This document shows, one piece after another, positions 19,053-28,030 of a stretch of DNA of 64,000 bases. The translations under genes and the position numbers were made by a program. The notes under the pieces are model-generated. The model was not told the origin of the DNA. It saw only the letters and a list, made by a program, of their open reading frames with translations, and ran no database searches. Source of the DNA: a bacterium (GTDB lineage: Bacteria; Zhuqueibacterota; Zhuqueibacteria; Zhuqueibacterales; Geothermadaptataceae); the NCBI GenBank assembly GCA_024275575.1, contig JAJRYV010000056.1, forward strand, positions 35,896 through 99,895, written 5' to 3'. Within the stretch, counting starts at the first letter, position 1. Every line of letters starts with the position of its first letter.

Positions 19053-20128
19053 TATTGCAAAACCTGCTCTTCTCCATGCAAAACGCGCAACGCCCCTTCG
19101 GCGAGGGCGCGCAATTCTTCTTCACCGGCAAAAACATAGACGGGTGCGATCCATGCTGTTTTGTCGCGAATGGCCGCAACGATTTCACCGCTATGCGCCA
19201 TGCCGCCGGTGAGCAAGATTGCGGCAACACGTCCGGCCAAAACCGTTGCCATGGCGCCGATTTCTTTGGCGATTTGATAAACCATCGCTGCGAAAACTAT
19301 AGCGGCCTGCGGTTCACCCTGATTTTTCAACTCCAGCAACCGGCGGATATCTTTAAATCCGTAATAGGAATACAGACCACCTTCTTTAAAAATGCGATCG
19401 ATCATTTGCTTTTTTGAATAGCGACCGCAGAAACAATCTTCGATCAGCGGCATGACCGGCAGCGACCCGGCCCGCTCCGGCGAAAAAGCACCCTCATCAC
19501 GCGGATTGGTGACGTCGATCATGCGACCGTCTTCATGGGCCGAGATGGAAATGCCGCTGCCGAGATGGGCAACGATTAGTCGTAATTCAGCGTAATTCTG
19601 ATTTTGCTCTTTGGCAAAACGTTTGGCGATAGCTTTTGTATTGAGGGCATGGCTCAGGCATTGCCGGTCCATGCCTTGCAGGCCGGAAAGCCGCGCTACC
19701 GGCTGCCATTCATCAACGCTGACCGGATCGACGATACAGGCCAAAGCCGTGGATTCTCCGGCAATTTCTTTTGCCAGCATGGCGCCCAGGTTTGAAGCAT
19801 GTTCACCCCGGGCAGCTTGTCCGAGATCAGCAAGCATTTCGGCATTGACGGCGTAAGTACCACTTTGAACGGGTTTCAGCAGCCCGCCGCGCCCCACTAC
19901 GGCATGCAATTTTTTGAGCTCAATATGATGCGATCGACAAAATTCGCTGATTTTTTGCAGACGAAAGGAAAGCTGTTCTGCCATCGGCTCTTTAACGAAT
20001 GGCTGTAATTCCTGCGGCGCATGCACGATATTTTCTTCAACGCGACAAAATTCATTCTCAAAATAAGCGATCTTGGTTGAAGCCGATCCGGGATTGATAG
20101 CGAGTATGCGATAACTATCAGGCTGCAT
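19040..20128 (-). CDS. buk: Butyrate (branched-chain fatty acid) kinase
   Basis: ILAINPGSASTKIAYFE, HASNLGA, VAHLGSGISISAH and GGMAHS blocks of the Buk/acetate-kinase superfamily. The ATG at 20128 is preferred; it overlaps the ptb stop by 11 nt. Confidence 0.85.
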   Translation of the reverse strand: MQPDSYRILAINPGSASTKIAYFENEFCRVEENIVHAPQELQPFVKEPMAEQLSFRLQKISEFCRSHHIELKKLHAVVGRGGLLKPVQSGTYAVNAEMLADLGQAARGEHASNLGAMLAKEIAGESTALACIVDPVSVDEWQPVARLSGLQGMDRQCLSHALNTKAIAKRFAKEQNQNYAELRLIVAHLGSGISISAHEDGRMIDVTNPRDEGAFSPERAGSLPVMPLIEDCFCGRYSKKQMIDRIFKEGGLYSYYGFKDIRRLLELKNQGEPQAAIVFAAMVYQIAKEIGAMATVLAGRVAAILLTGGMAHSGEIVAAIRDKTAWIAPVYVFAGEEELRALAEGALRVLHGEEQVLQYQNK

Positions 20129-21047
20129 CGATGAGCACCCCCAACGCAATGGCGTACAGTTTATCTTCCGCGTTCTCAACCCGCGAGGGGATGAGCACCG
20201 GTATTTGTGCGCCCATAATCACATGTGCACAGGCAGAACCGCCGATGTATTTCACCGCTTTCGCCGTCATATTCGCTGCTTCAATATTCGGCGCCACCAT
20301 GCAATCGACCGCACCGGCAACAGATGAATCGATGCCTTTGGCTTCTGCTGCGGATTTGAGCAGGGCATTATCCAGCGCCAAAGGGCCGAATACATCGCAA
20401 TCGCTAAAGAATTCAGCGGCGCGTGCGGTGATTTTTTCAGCGTCAACCGTCGAAGGTATCGCCTCGGAAACCGCCTCAGTGGCGCTCATCAAACCGATTT
20501 TCGGCCGTGCTATGCCCAGCGCCTGCAGCACCGGTACCGCATTGCCGATGATCGCCAGCTTCTGCTGGAAATCCGGCAGCGGATTGAGACCGCCGTCGGT
20601 GATGCCGACCAGCCTTTTATTGCCGGAGCACTGGTCTTCATAGAGCAGGATATCGCTGAGCAATTTACCCTTGCGCAAGCCGGTTTCACGGTTTAAAACA
20701 GCGCGCAATAACTGGTCGGTGCGCAAATTCCCTTTCAGCAGAATATCGATTTCTCCGGCACGGGCGAGAGCCACCGCCTTTTGCGCCGCATTTTCAACGT
20801 TTTCTGCAGTGTGAAATATCGAATTTTCGAGTTGTGGCAGCAAATTCAAAGTGACAATTTTCTCACGAATTTTTGTCTCATCACCGATTAAAATCGGATG
20901 GACAATTTTTTTCTTTACCGCTGCAGCCAGTGCCGACAGCGCGACGTCGTTTTCAGCGCAGACAACCGCCACTTTTTTTTCCTGCCTCTGTTGTGCCGTG
21001 GAAAGCAATTGGGCAAAAGTTCTTATTGAATATTCATTCATGTTCAT
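20118..21047 (-). CDS. ptb: Phosphate butyryltransferase / phosphotransacylase
   Basis: 309 aa of the PTA_PTB family: VAVVCAEND, HPILIGD, LLKGNLRTDQLLRAVL, MVAPNIEAANM. Classic ptb-buk gene pair. Confidence 0.85.
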   Translation of the reverse strand: MNMNEYSIRTFAQLLSTAQQRQEKKVAVVCAENDVALSALAAAVKKKIVHPILIGDETKIREKIVTLNLLPQLENSIFHTAENVENAAQKAVALARAGEIDILLKGNLRTDQLLRAVLNRETGLRKGKLLSDILLYEDQCSGNKRLVGITDGGLNPLPDFQQKLAIIGNAVPVLQALGIARPKIGLMSATEAVSEAIPSTVDAEKITARAAEFFSDCDVFGPLALDNALLKSAAEAKGIDSSVAGAVDCMVAPNIEAANMTAKAVKYIGGSACAHVIMGAQIPVLIPSRVENAEDKLYAIALGVLIDAA

Positions 21048-21230
21048 TCCTGGTTTTGCTAAGAAGCATGACAGTTTAAATAATGCCGGATCGATTTTTG
21101 TGAATGGGAGGGAGCAGCCAGAAATTTTTTACAGATACCCGCTGCATATTAAAACAGGCAGCGACATAAACCTAAGCGCGCTGAAGCGAGCTTGATGATT
21201 GAGCCGCCTTCAGGCGGTTTTTTAAAATTA

Positions 21231-21252
21231 GCTGCGGGATTCATTCCGCAGC
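21231..21252 (-). terminator. Stem-loop downstream of the RnfC-like gene (possible operon terminator or leader element for ptb)
   Basis: On the minus strand: GCTGCGG-aatgaatc-CCGCAGC followed by TAATTTT. It is one of three hairpins in the 335-nt spacer. Confidence 0.35.
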
Positions 21253-21382
21253 GGATATTATATCATCATTGTTTTCAAATGATTTACGCTCTTAATTTGC
21301 CAGTGATGCCCCGGATAGACAAGCTCAGGGAGCCTTCTTTGACGCTTGCCGACCTGTTACAAACATTGTTACATTGAGATGC

Positions 21383-22735
21383 TTATCCGTTAGCTCGTTC
21401 CCGTGCCATTTTTTCCCGCAACAGGGCTTTGCCGATGCGAAATCGCTGCACAAGGGGAATATTCGAGGGGCAGGCATAAGAGCAGGAGCCGCATTCCATG
21501 CAATCCATGATGTTCAAATCCATCATTTCATCGTAGCGGCCGGCGCGGGCGAGGGCGCCGAGCTGTGTCGGGTTGAGATAAACCGGGCAGGCATCGACAC
21601 AGCGCATGCAGCGAATACAGGGATACTCCCGGGTAGAGATCATTTCATCTTCGGTAAAAAAGACCACCCCGGAGGTCCCTTTTGTGATGGGGATATCCGT
21701 CGTGCGTATCGCATTGCCCATCATCGGGCCGCCGAAGAGGATTTGCCGCACGTCGTCGCTCATACCGCCGCAAAACTCGATAACTTCAGATAATTTCGTA
21801 CCGATGGGAATGAGCACGTTGCGTGGCTTGCGAATTCCCGGCCCGGTAATGGTCGTCACCCGTTCGATCACCGGCTGGTTATAACGAAACAGATCGCCGA
21901 TTGCGGCAACTGTCCCAACATTATTCACCACAACCGAAATATCGATGGGCAATTTACCACTGGGAATTTCGCGTTTTAAAACAGCTTCGGTGAGCATTTT
22001 TTCCGCACCCTGCGGATATTTTGTTTGCAGCGGTACGATTTCACAGGGCAGGTCGGCAGGGACTTTATTTTGCAGCCTGGCCAATGCATCGAGTTTATTG
22101 ATTTCAGCGCCCAGATACGCACGTTCGGCACCGAGAATTTTCAGACAAATTTTGATACCGAGAAAGATAGCTTCAGGCTGCTCGAGCATCACCCGGTGGT
22201 CGCTCGTGAGATAGGGTTCGCATTCCGCTGCGTTGACGATGAAAAACTCCACCCTTTTGCCTTCCGGAATGCTCAGTTTAACATGGGTGGGAAATGCGGC
22301 GCCGCCAAGACCGACAAAACCACCTTTTTGAATGGCGCTCAAAAGCTCCGCCGGTTGCATATTTTCCCAGTCCAGTACATGCTCATCAAACAGGCGCTGG
22401 GCCGAATGCAGATCGCGTTTGATGACGATGGATTCAACCATGCGGCCGCTGGGATGTGGGCGCGGTTCGATGGCTGTGACCGTCCCCGTGACCGAAGCAT
22501 GCAAAGCAGCGGAGACAAAACCACCGGCTTGCGCAATCAATTGGCCACGATAAACTTTTTCACCGGCTTTGACGACCGGTTTTGAGGGGCCGCCGAGGTG
22601 CTGGCTCAAAGGCAGAATATACTCATCCACCAACGGCATGCGCTCGACCATGTGCGTGCGCGTCAATTCCTTAAAATCTCCCGGGTGCACGCCCCGGTCA
22701 AAAGTTTTGTTTGCAGAGCTCAAAAATGTGAACAT
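21383..22735 (-). CDS. rnfC: RnfC-like NADH/FMN-binding iron-sulfur subunit (orphan; no RnfDGEA nearby)
   Basis: RnfC_N barrel-sandwich N-terminus (HPGDFKELT...PLSQHLGGPSKPVVKAGEKVYRGQLIA). The VGLGGAAFPTHVKL motif and an SLBB-like region follow. Two ferredoxin motifs are present: CIRCMRCVDACP and CMECGSCSYACP. Confidence 0.85.
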   Translation of the reverse strand: MFTFLSSANKTFDRGVHPGDFKELTRTHMVERMPLVDEYILPLSQHLGGPSKPVVKAGEKVYRGQLIAQAGGFVSAALHASVTGTVTAIEPRPHPSGRMVESIVIKRDLHSAQRLFDEHVLDWENMQPAELLSAIQKGGFVGLGGAAFPTHVKLSIPEGKRVEFFIVNAAECEPYLTSDHRVMLEQPEAIFLGIKICLKILGAERAYLGAEINKLDALARLQNKVPADLPCEIVPLQTKYPQGAEKMLTEAVLKREIPSGKLPIDISVVVNNVGTVAAIGDLFRYNQPVIERVTTITGPGIRKPRNVLIPIGTKLSEVIEFCGGMSDDVRQILFGGPMMGNAIRTTDIPITKGTSGVVFFTEDEMISTREYPCIRCMRCVDACPVYLNPTQLGALARAGRYDEMMDLNIMDCMECGSCSYACPSNIPLVQRFRIGKALLREKMARERANG

Positions 22736-22768
22736 ATATTTTCTACCGCTTTAAATATCTTTGTAAAT

Positions 22769-23098
22769 TTAAACTTCGTTAGATGTTTCATTCAATCCGG
22801 CTAAAAATGAACGCAACGTTTCCTGAAAATCATTGCTGCCGACGGCAAAACCACTCAAATGCAATAAGCGGCTCTTGAGTTTTTCGTGCATAACCTGATC
22901 GCTGCTCTGTTCAAGTTGCCGGATTCTGCTTTCGCGTTCATCTTTCTCAACTGCTGAAAACAGATCGCTCACGGTTTCGCTTTTCTGTGTTTTTCGTATC
23001 TCGAGCGGTTTTGCGAGATTTTGCAGTAGCGCCCAGACATGCGCCGCCCCAGTGCAAATTTCCACTATTTCAGCCGCAACCCGATAATAGTGGAGCAC
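22769..23098 (-). CDS. Hypothetical 109-aa helical protein embedded in the Kor/Rnf-like operon
   Basis: The GTG start lies 3 nt after the stop of the 1344-aa gene; same strand, 33 nt before the rnfC-like gene. No motif recognised; charged helical middle (EKDERESRIRQLEQSSDQVMHEKLKSRL). Confidence 0.45.
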   Translation of the reverse strand: MLHYYRVAAEIVEICTGAAHVWALLQNLAKPLEIRKTQKSETVSDLFSAVEKDERESRIRQLEQSSDQVMHEKLKSRLLHLSGFAVGSNDFQETLRSFLAGLNETSNEV

Positions 23099-23101
23099 AT
23101 T

Positions 23102-26100
23102 CTATGCATCGATTGAGCGGATATAAGGGATTCTTCCGTTTTGATCAGCGGCAGATAGCTCAAGAAAATCCGGCAACGGCATTGTCCGTTCGTCAATTGC
23201 TGCGGCTTCAAATTCCTCAAATTGTCTTTGAAATTTCGGCCACTGCACGAGAAAATGCGCCGGCGTTAAAAGCTCGGTAATTTCCTTTTTCAATCCGTCA
23301 CGACTCTGCTGAACCCATGTGACGGCAGCCCATTTTTTATCCGGGGCAGGATTTTCACTAATGTCTAAACCTGGTAAAATCTGGTCTTTTTCGGTCACAG
23401 CACAACTGAACAACGGCGCGTAGCGGCAATGCACCGCCAGTTGCGACAATGCCGTTGCGGCGCTGCCGGGAAGTTTATTTGACGCTTCAATTTGCAGAAA
23501 AGCCGCGCCGTCAAATTCGATGGCGGCGAAAGCATTTTTCAATAAATTTTTCGGTGTGCCAATGGCACTTTGCGCAACTTGAACGTTGTTGAGAAAACAG
23601 GAATTTAACGCTGCCACTGTGTCGATTACGGAAGCACCATGAGTCAATCGGGGCTCTGTATTTAAAAAGACGCATTTAAACGGTTTGGCGCCATCAGCCA
23701 GCGGTAACAAATCCGCCGGATTTGCAGCCGATAAAAGGCCCGGGAAAACACCCACAACAGGCGGGTAAAAAGATTTTTCCTCCTCGCTGAAATCCTGCCA
23801 TTGCAGAGAAAGCGGAAGTTTCCCATGGTGATTTTCCAGTAAATTCTCGGCCCGGCGCAAAACGAGAAACGTCTCCGACATTTGCTGCATGAGCCCGGCA
23901 AAAAGACCGCTTAAGCTGCTCACGGAACAGGAAGGTTGCATTTGCAGCCACGGCGATTTAAAGGCATTGTACGGGAACTGCAACACATCGAGGCGGGAAT
24001 CGATTGCAATAATGGCATTGGCGCGCGCAAAACGATTATTCTCAGTGGAATAGGCCTGCTGCAGGGCGACGAGTTTTTCGCGTATGGCGACCAATTCCTG
24101 AATTTTCCCTGCATCCGGCTCGTCGTTTAAACGACTTGCAGCCAGGCGCGCCGCGTTGATATTTTGTTTACCCTGCGCCAGCAATTCGCTCAACCTGCGG
24201 CCGTAAGCCTCGAAGTCATTGATCTGGCTGGTTTTACTGAGATCACCCTGCACTCGGGTTTCGATTTTATCTTTCAGGTCATCGATTTTTGCCTGCAATT
24301 TCGCGACGCGCTCCTGCATCGTTTTTTCGATGGCCACTGTCAGCAAACGCAAAGCATTTTGTACATTAGCGGTTTTAGCAGCGTCGGGAAAAGGCAAGAC
24401 AGCCGCACGCACATTTTTATTAAGCAGGCTGTGCCAGGGCAATTCATCACAGCTTAAATCAGCGAGATCAGCAGCCGGCAACGCCTGTAAAAATGTCCAG
24501 TTTTGCTGATTCAGGGAAATAACTTCGGGTGTCGCCGCAACGATTTCCGCCGCCAGTTCGGGCAAAGCAGCGAGCAGCGGCGCTGCATTGCGGTATTCCG
24601 CCGGATTGATGGCGAGAACGATGACGCGGCCGCTGCCTTTGTTTTGCTCGTTGGCGCGACCGAAAAAATGATGATTCTTCAGTAGCAGCACTTTGCTGCA
24701 GATGGCCATGGTTAGGGCGAATTCTTCTTTAATTTGCTGTTTTTGCTCCTCGTTCGGCTTCATTTTTTCGATGAGTTTCACCAGGGACGAATCGAACAAT
24801 TCACCGGCATAACAGAAATTTTCGATGATCTCCGTTTGCAAATGCTTATAAGCCAGCCTGGCCAAATTATCGCGCAAGCGCGGCAGTTGGGTGAAAACAG
24901 CGCCCTCATTTTGCTTCAGCGCCATTGCGGTTTCGAGAATCGTTGCCAAATCCTGAACAGACGCCCAAACTCCGGCTTCAAAAGCTAACAAAAAGTCGAG
25001 ACGATCCACCGGCAAATTTTCGGGAATAAACTGCACGATCTTGCCGGTTTCCCGTGCGCCGTGGGTGAAAGCGCTGCTGCCGGCAGGCATCGTTGATATC
25101 GCGGCGAACGGATCGGCGCTGATGTTTTTCCATTGACCGTCAGCCTGCAGATATCCGATTCGGCTCCAAAATTTTTCCAGATCAAACAGGCTGCCATCCA
25201 AATCCTGCGTATTTTTGACGGTCCAGGGTGCGTCAATTTCATCGACACCGGGCTGATCCGTTGCTGCGATTTTCTTTATTATTACACTGTTAACGACTTC
25301 ATATCCCGCCTTGAAGGCCTCGGCTTCCGCGGCAGGCGCTGTTGCGGTGAATTGCTTTTTAATTTTGACGTTTAATTTTTTATCACCGAGATCGAATATT
25401 CGAGTGATTGCACCGAGAAGCGCGCTTTGCGTTTGCAGTTCAGGTGCGGCGGACGCTGCAAATACTTTGACTCCGGCTGTTTTCAAATCCGCTGCAATTT
25501 TTTCCGGCAAATCGATCTTTGTTGCACAATTGCGCAGCAGTAGAGCGCCCCCTGCCGCAATGCCGTCATTTGCTATATATTTTTCCAGTTCAGCAACGTT
25601 GCTGCAAACGACGAGCTTGCGGCCGGTGCGCGGTTCTGCTTTCAGCGGGAGAAAATTAAAATAAAAAGCCGGCTCGCCCTGATGCCAGGTTTGCCCGGCT
25701 TCCATCTGGCCCTGTTCGATGCCGGTAAAAGCTTCGCAAAAATATGCCGATATTTGGGGGTCAAATCTGCTTTGTTGCAGAACGAGAATTTCATCGCCGT
25801 TGATAAAATCCACCGTGGTCATGTCGATTTTCAGGCCGAGATCAGCCGCTGCAGGATAATCTTTACGCACGGCCTGTTGCAGCATTTCCAGTTTGGGCAA
25901 ACGCAAATCCGGCTGCCGGAAATTTACTCCGATGAAAAAGGTATTGCCCGTTGCCGTGCTGCCCGCCAGCGCCGCCAATTCGGCGAAGGAGACTTTGCGC
26001 TGCCCGCCGGCATCGACGGCGGTTGTAAAACCAATTTCACGGCCGGCCGCTGCAGAAAATTGTTGTTGAATCAACCGCGTGAAACTACCGGGCTTGCTGC

Positions 26101-27136
26101 CGGCGTTCGCTGATTTTTCGATCACCGTTATTCTTTCAATTGTCGTGAGCGTTTTTGCCAATTCCTGAAAAACTGCAGGGGAAAAATGATTCAGATGCAA
26201 AACGCTGAAACCGGCTTTTTTCTCCTTAGCCAGGTGATCGGCGACCCGGCAAGTTTCACGAAAAACAGCGCCCTGGGCGACGATCAGGTGATTTGCCTTT
26301 TTTACAGAATGCAAGCTGTTGCAACTGTAATCTCTGCCGGTCAATTGGGCGAATTCGCTGATGCAGCGCTGCAAAATCTCGTCGTGATGGGTGGCGGAAA
26401 AGGCAAAATTTGCTGCATTTGATTGCGCCAGCCAGCCGGTCTCCATTTGCGATAAAACGGCGATGGGGCGGTCGAGATCACAATAGCGCGGCACGCGTCG
26501 ACGTTTTTCGCCGAAGACCAGGGTCTGTGCCGGAGTGCTCGCTTCGGGAAAGTCTGAAGCATCACCGTTGAATTTTTGCAGCAAAGCATTTGCAGGTCGG
26601 AAGAAACTTTGAACACGGTTGAGCAAATCAACATCATTGAGAACGACGCAGGGAGCCAGCGCCTGTTCCGCCGCAGCATGGCCGATGAGCGCAAGATCGA
26701 CTGCCGATTGCACATCATTGGCATGGAGAACAATGGCACCACTGTCTATGAGTTGCTGCAGAAAAAAGCTGTCATGCAATGTCAGATGAAACAGGATCGG
26801 TAAATGTTTGCCCACGGCATCGGCAATACCATCGATGAGTTCAGCCGTATTTCTCGCTGAAGAAAACAGTGTGGTGCGCAAACCTGTGGCTGTTGCGCCT
26901 TGTGTAAAACCCAGTCCAGCAGAGCAATCCTGCGAAATTTCAATATTGTCGGGAAGGTTTTTATTGTGTGATTTCCACGGCTGCCGTGAAATATCCAAAG
27001 CGACGACATTGCATAATACAGCCTCAATATCGAGCAAAACCGCTCGTGTTGCTGCAATATTACTCTGGTCGCCAAACGGCGCCTGATCGATTTTTGATTT
27101 ATTTTTTTTCTTGAAAATCATTGCGATTTCTCTCAA
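23102..27136 (-). CDS. 1344-aa PFOR-like protein lacking cofactor-binding signatures (putative pseudoenzyme or scaffold)
   Basis: Collinear by eye with full-length PFOR/NifJ/YdbK, but the diagnostic residues are replaced (details in findings). No CxxCxxCxxxCP and no GDG...NN ThDP motif anywhere. The start is either TTG 27136 (TTGA overlap with the rnfB-like stop) or ATG 27121. Confidence 0.6.
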   Translation of the reverse strand: MREIAMIFKKKNKSKIDQAPFGDQSNIAATRAVLLDIEAVLCNVVALDISRQPWKSHNKNLPDNIEISQDCSAGLGFTQGATATGLRTTLFSSARNTAELIDGIADAVGKHLPILFHLTLHDSFFLQQLIDSGAIVLHANDVQSAVDLALIGHAAAEQALAPCVVLNDVDLLNRVQSFFRPANALLQKFNGDASDFPEASTPAQTLVFGEKRRRVPRYCDLDRPIAVLSQMETGWLAQSNAANFAFSATHHDEILQRCISEFAQLTGRDYSCNSLHSVKKANHLIVAQGAVFRETCRVADHLAKEKKAGFSVLHLNHFSPAVFQELAKTLTTIERITVIEKSANAGSKPGSFTRLIQQQFSAAAGREIGFTTAVDAGGQRKVSFAELAALAGSTATGNTFFIGVNFRQPDLRLPKLEMLQQAVRKDYPAAADLGLKIDMTTVDFINGDEILVLQQSRFDPQISAYFCEAFTGIEQGQMEAGQTWHQGEPAFYFNFLPLKAEPRTGRKLVVCSNVAELEKYIANDGIAAGGALLLRNCATKIDLPEKIAADLKTAGVKVFAASAAPELQTQSALLGAITRIFDLGDKKLNVKIKKQFTATAPAAEAEAFKAGYEVVNSVIIKKIAATDQPGVDEIDAPWTVKNTQDLDGSLFDLEKFWSRIGYLQADGQWKNISADPFAAISTMPAGSSAFTHGARETGKIVQFIPENLPVDRLDFLLAFEAGVWASVQDLATILETAMALKQNEGAVFTQLPRLRDNLARLAYKHLQTEIIENFCYAGELFDSSLVKLIEKMKPNEEQKQQIKEEFALTMAICSKVLLLKNHHFFGRANEQNKGSGRVIVLAINPAEYRNAAPLLAALPELAAEIVAATPEVISLNQQNWTFLQALPAADLADLSCDELPWHSLLNKNVRAAVLPFPDAAKTANVQNALRLLTVAIEKTMQERVAKLQAKIDDLKDKIETRVQGDLSKTSQINDFEAYGRRLSELLAQGKQNINAARLAASRLNDEPDAGKIQELVAIREKLVALQQAYSTENNRFARANAIIAIDSRLDVLQFPYNAFKSPWLQMQPSCSVSSLSGLFAGLMQQMSETFLVLRRAENLLENHHGKLPLSLQWQDFSEEEKSFYPPVVGVFPGLLSAANPADLLPLADGAKPFKCVFLNTEPRLTHGASVIDTVAALNSCFLNNVQVAQSAIGTPKNLLKNAFAAIEFDGAAFLQIEASNKLPGSAATALSQLAVHCRYAPLFSCAVTEKDQILPGLDISENPAPDKKWAAVTWVQQSRDGLKKEITELLTPAHFLVQWPKFQRQFEEFEAAAIDERTMPLPDFLELSAADQNGRIPYIRSIDA

Positions 27137-27972
27137 ATATTTTGCACTTCTGCAGCACGTTGTTCCTGCGGGAATTGTTGCTTTTCAATCCATAAAATGG
27201 CACCTGTGGGGCAGCGCAAGGTGGCGATTTCCGTCTGTTGGGAAAAGTTATTATCGATGACGGCGAGATTATTTTTAATTTCGATCAAACCGGCCGGGGC
27301 ATCGGCTGCGCAGATGCCGCAGCCGGTGCAAGCGACTTTGCACAAATCGGTAGCGCTATCGCCGGCGAGCAGGGATTTGCATTGTACCAGCAGTTTTTGT
27401 TTTTCGGAGCGAAGTTCAAACAAATCTTTGGGGCAAATTTCGACACAATCACCGCAAGCGGTGCATTTGTCTGCATCGACGACGGGCAGGCCGGTGGAAC
27501 TCATGTGAATCGCTTCAAAAGTACAAACGACCTCGCAATCAGCGAGCCCGAGGCAGCCCCAGGAGCAGGCCTTGCCACCGCCGGCAACAACAGCCGCCGC
27601 CCGGCAGGAGGAGAACCCCTGATAATCGACGATATCCCCGGCAACATCGCAGCCGCCGGCGCACATGAGCCGGGCAATTTTCCGCTCTGCCTCACCGGCA
27701 TCGATGCCGAGAAAATTTGCGATAGTTTCTGCTGAATCCGCTCCACCCACCGAACAGGCACTCGGCGACTTGCTGCCGCCAACCACTTCTTCGGCAAAAG
27801 CGGCGCACCCGGGAACACCACAGGCACCGCAATTAGCGCCGGGCAACATATCGGTCACCTGGCCGATGCGCGGGTCTTCATAAACGCTGAGTTTTCGATT
27901 GGCAAAAACGAGCACCAGGGCAAGCGCGGCACTCAGCCCTGTGAGAAATCCTACGGATGATAAAAATTCCAT
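27133..27972 (-). CDS. rnfB: RnfB-like membrane-anchored polyferredoxin
   Basis: N-terminal TM helix (FLTGLSAALALVLVFA). The RnfB Fe-S domain follows (LPGANCGACGVPGCAAFAEEVV ... CSVGG), then several Cys clusters: CAGGC, CSWGCLGLADCEVVC, CTACGDCVEICP, CTGCGICAADAP. Confidence 0.8.
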   Translation of the reverse strand: MEFLSSVGFLTGLSAALALVLVFANRKLSVYEDPRIGQVTDMLPGANCGACGVPGCAAFAEEVVGGSKSPSACSVGGADSAETIANFLGIDAGEAERKIARLMCAGGCDVAGDIVDYQGFSSCRAAAVVAGGGKACSWGCLGLADCEVVCTFEAIHMSSTGLPVVDADKCTACGDCVEICPKDLFELRSEKQKLLVQCKSLLAGDSATDLCKVACTGCGICAADAPAGLIEIKNNLAVIDNNFSQQTEIATLRCPTGAILWIEKQQFPQEQRAAEVQNI

Positions 27973-28030
27973 AATTGATCGTTTGGATTAAATTTTATAA
28001 TTGCAGCAGGTCAAACGGCCGGATGAAATC

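Noticed and set aside
23102-27136. Calling the 1344-aa ORF a functional pyruvate:ferredoxin oxidoreductase (porA/nifJ)
   Set aside because: The length and domain order fit. However, I find no CxxCxxCxxxCP motifs, no GDG...NN ThDP motif and no YPITP, and the Cys-rich EFSGAC.GCGE block is gone. An enzymatic PFOR call would be unsupported.
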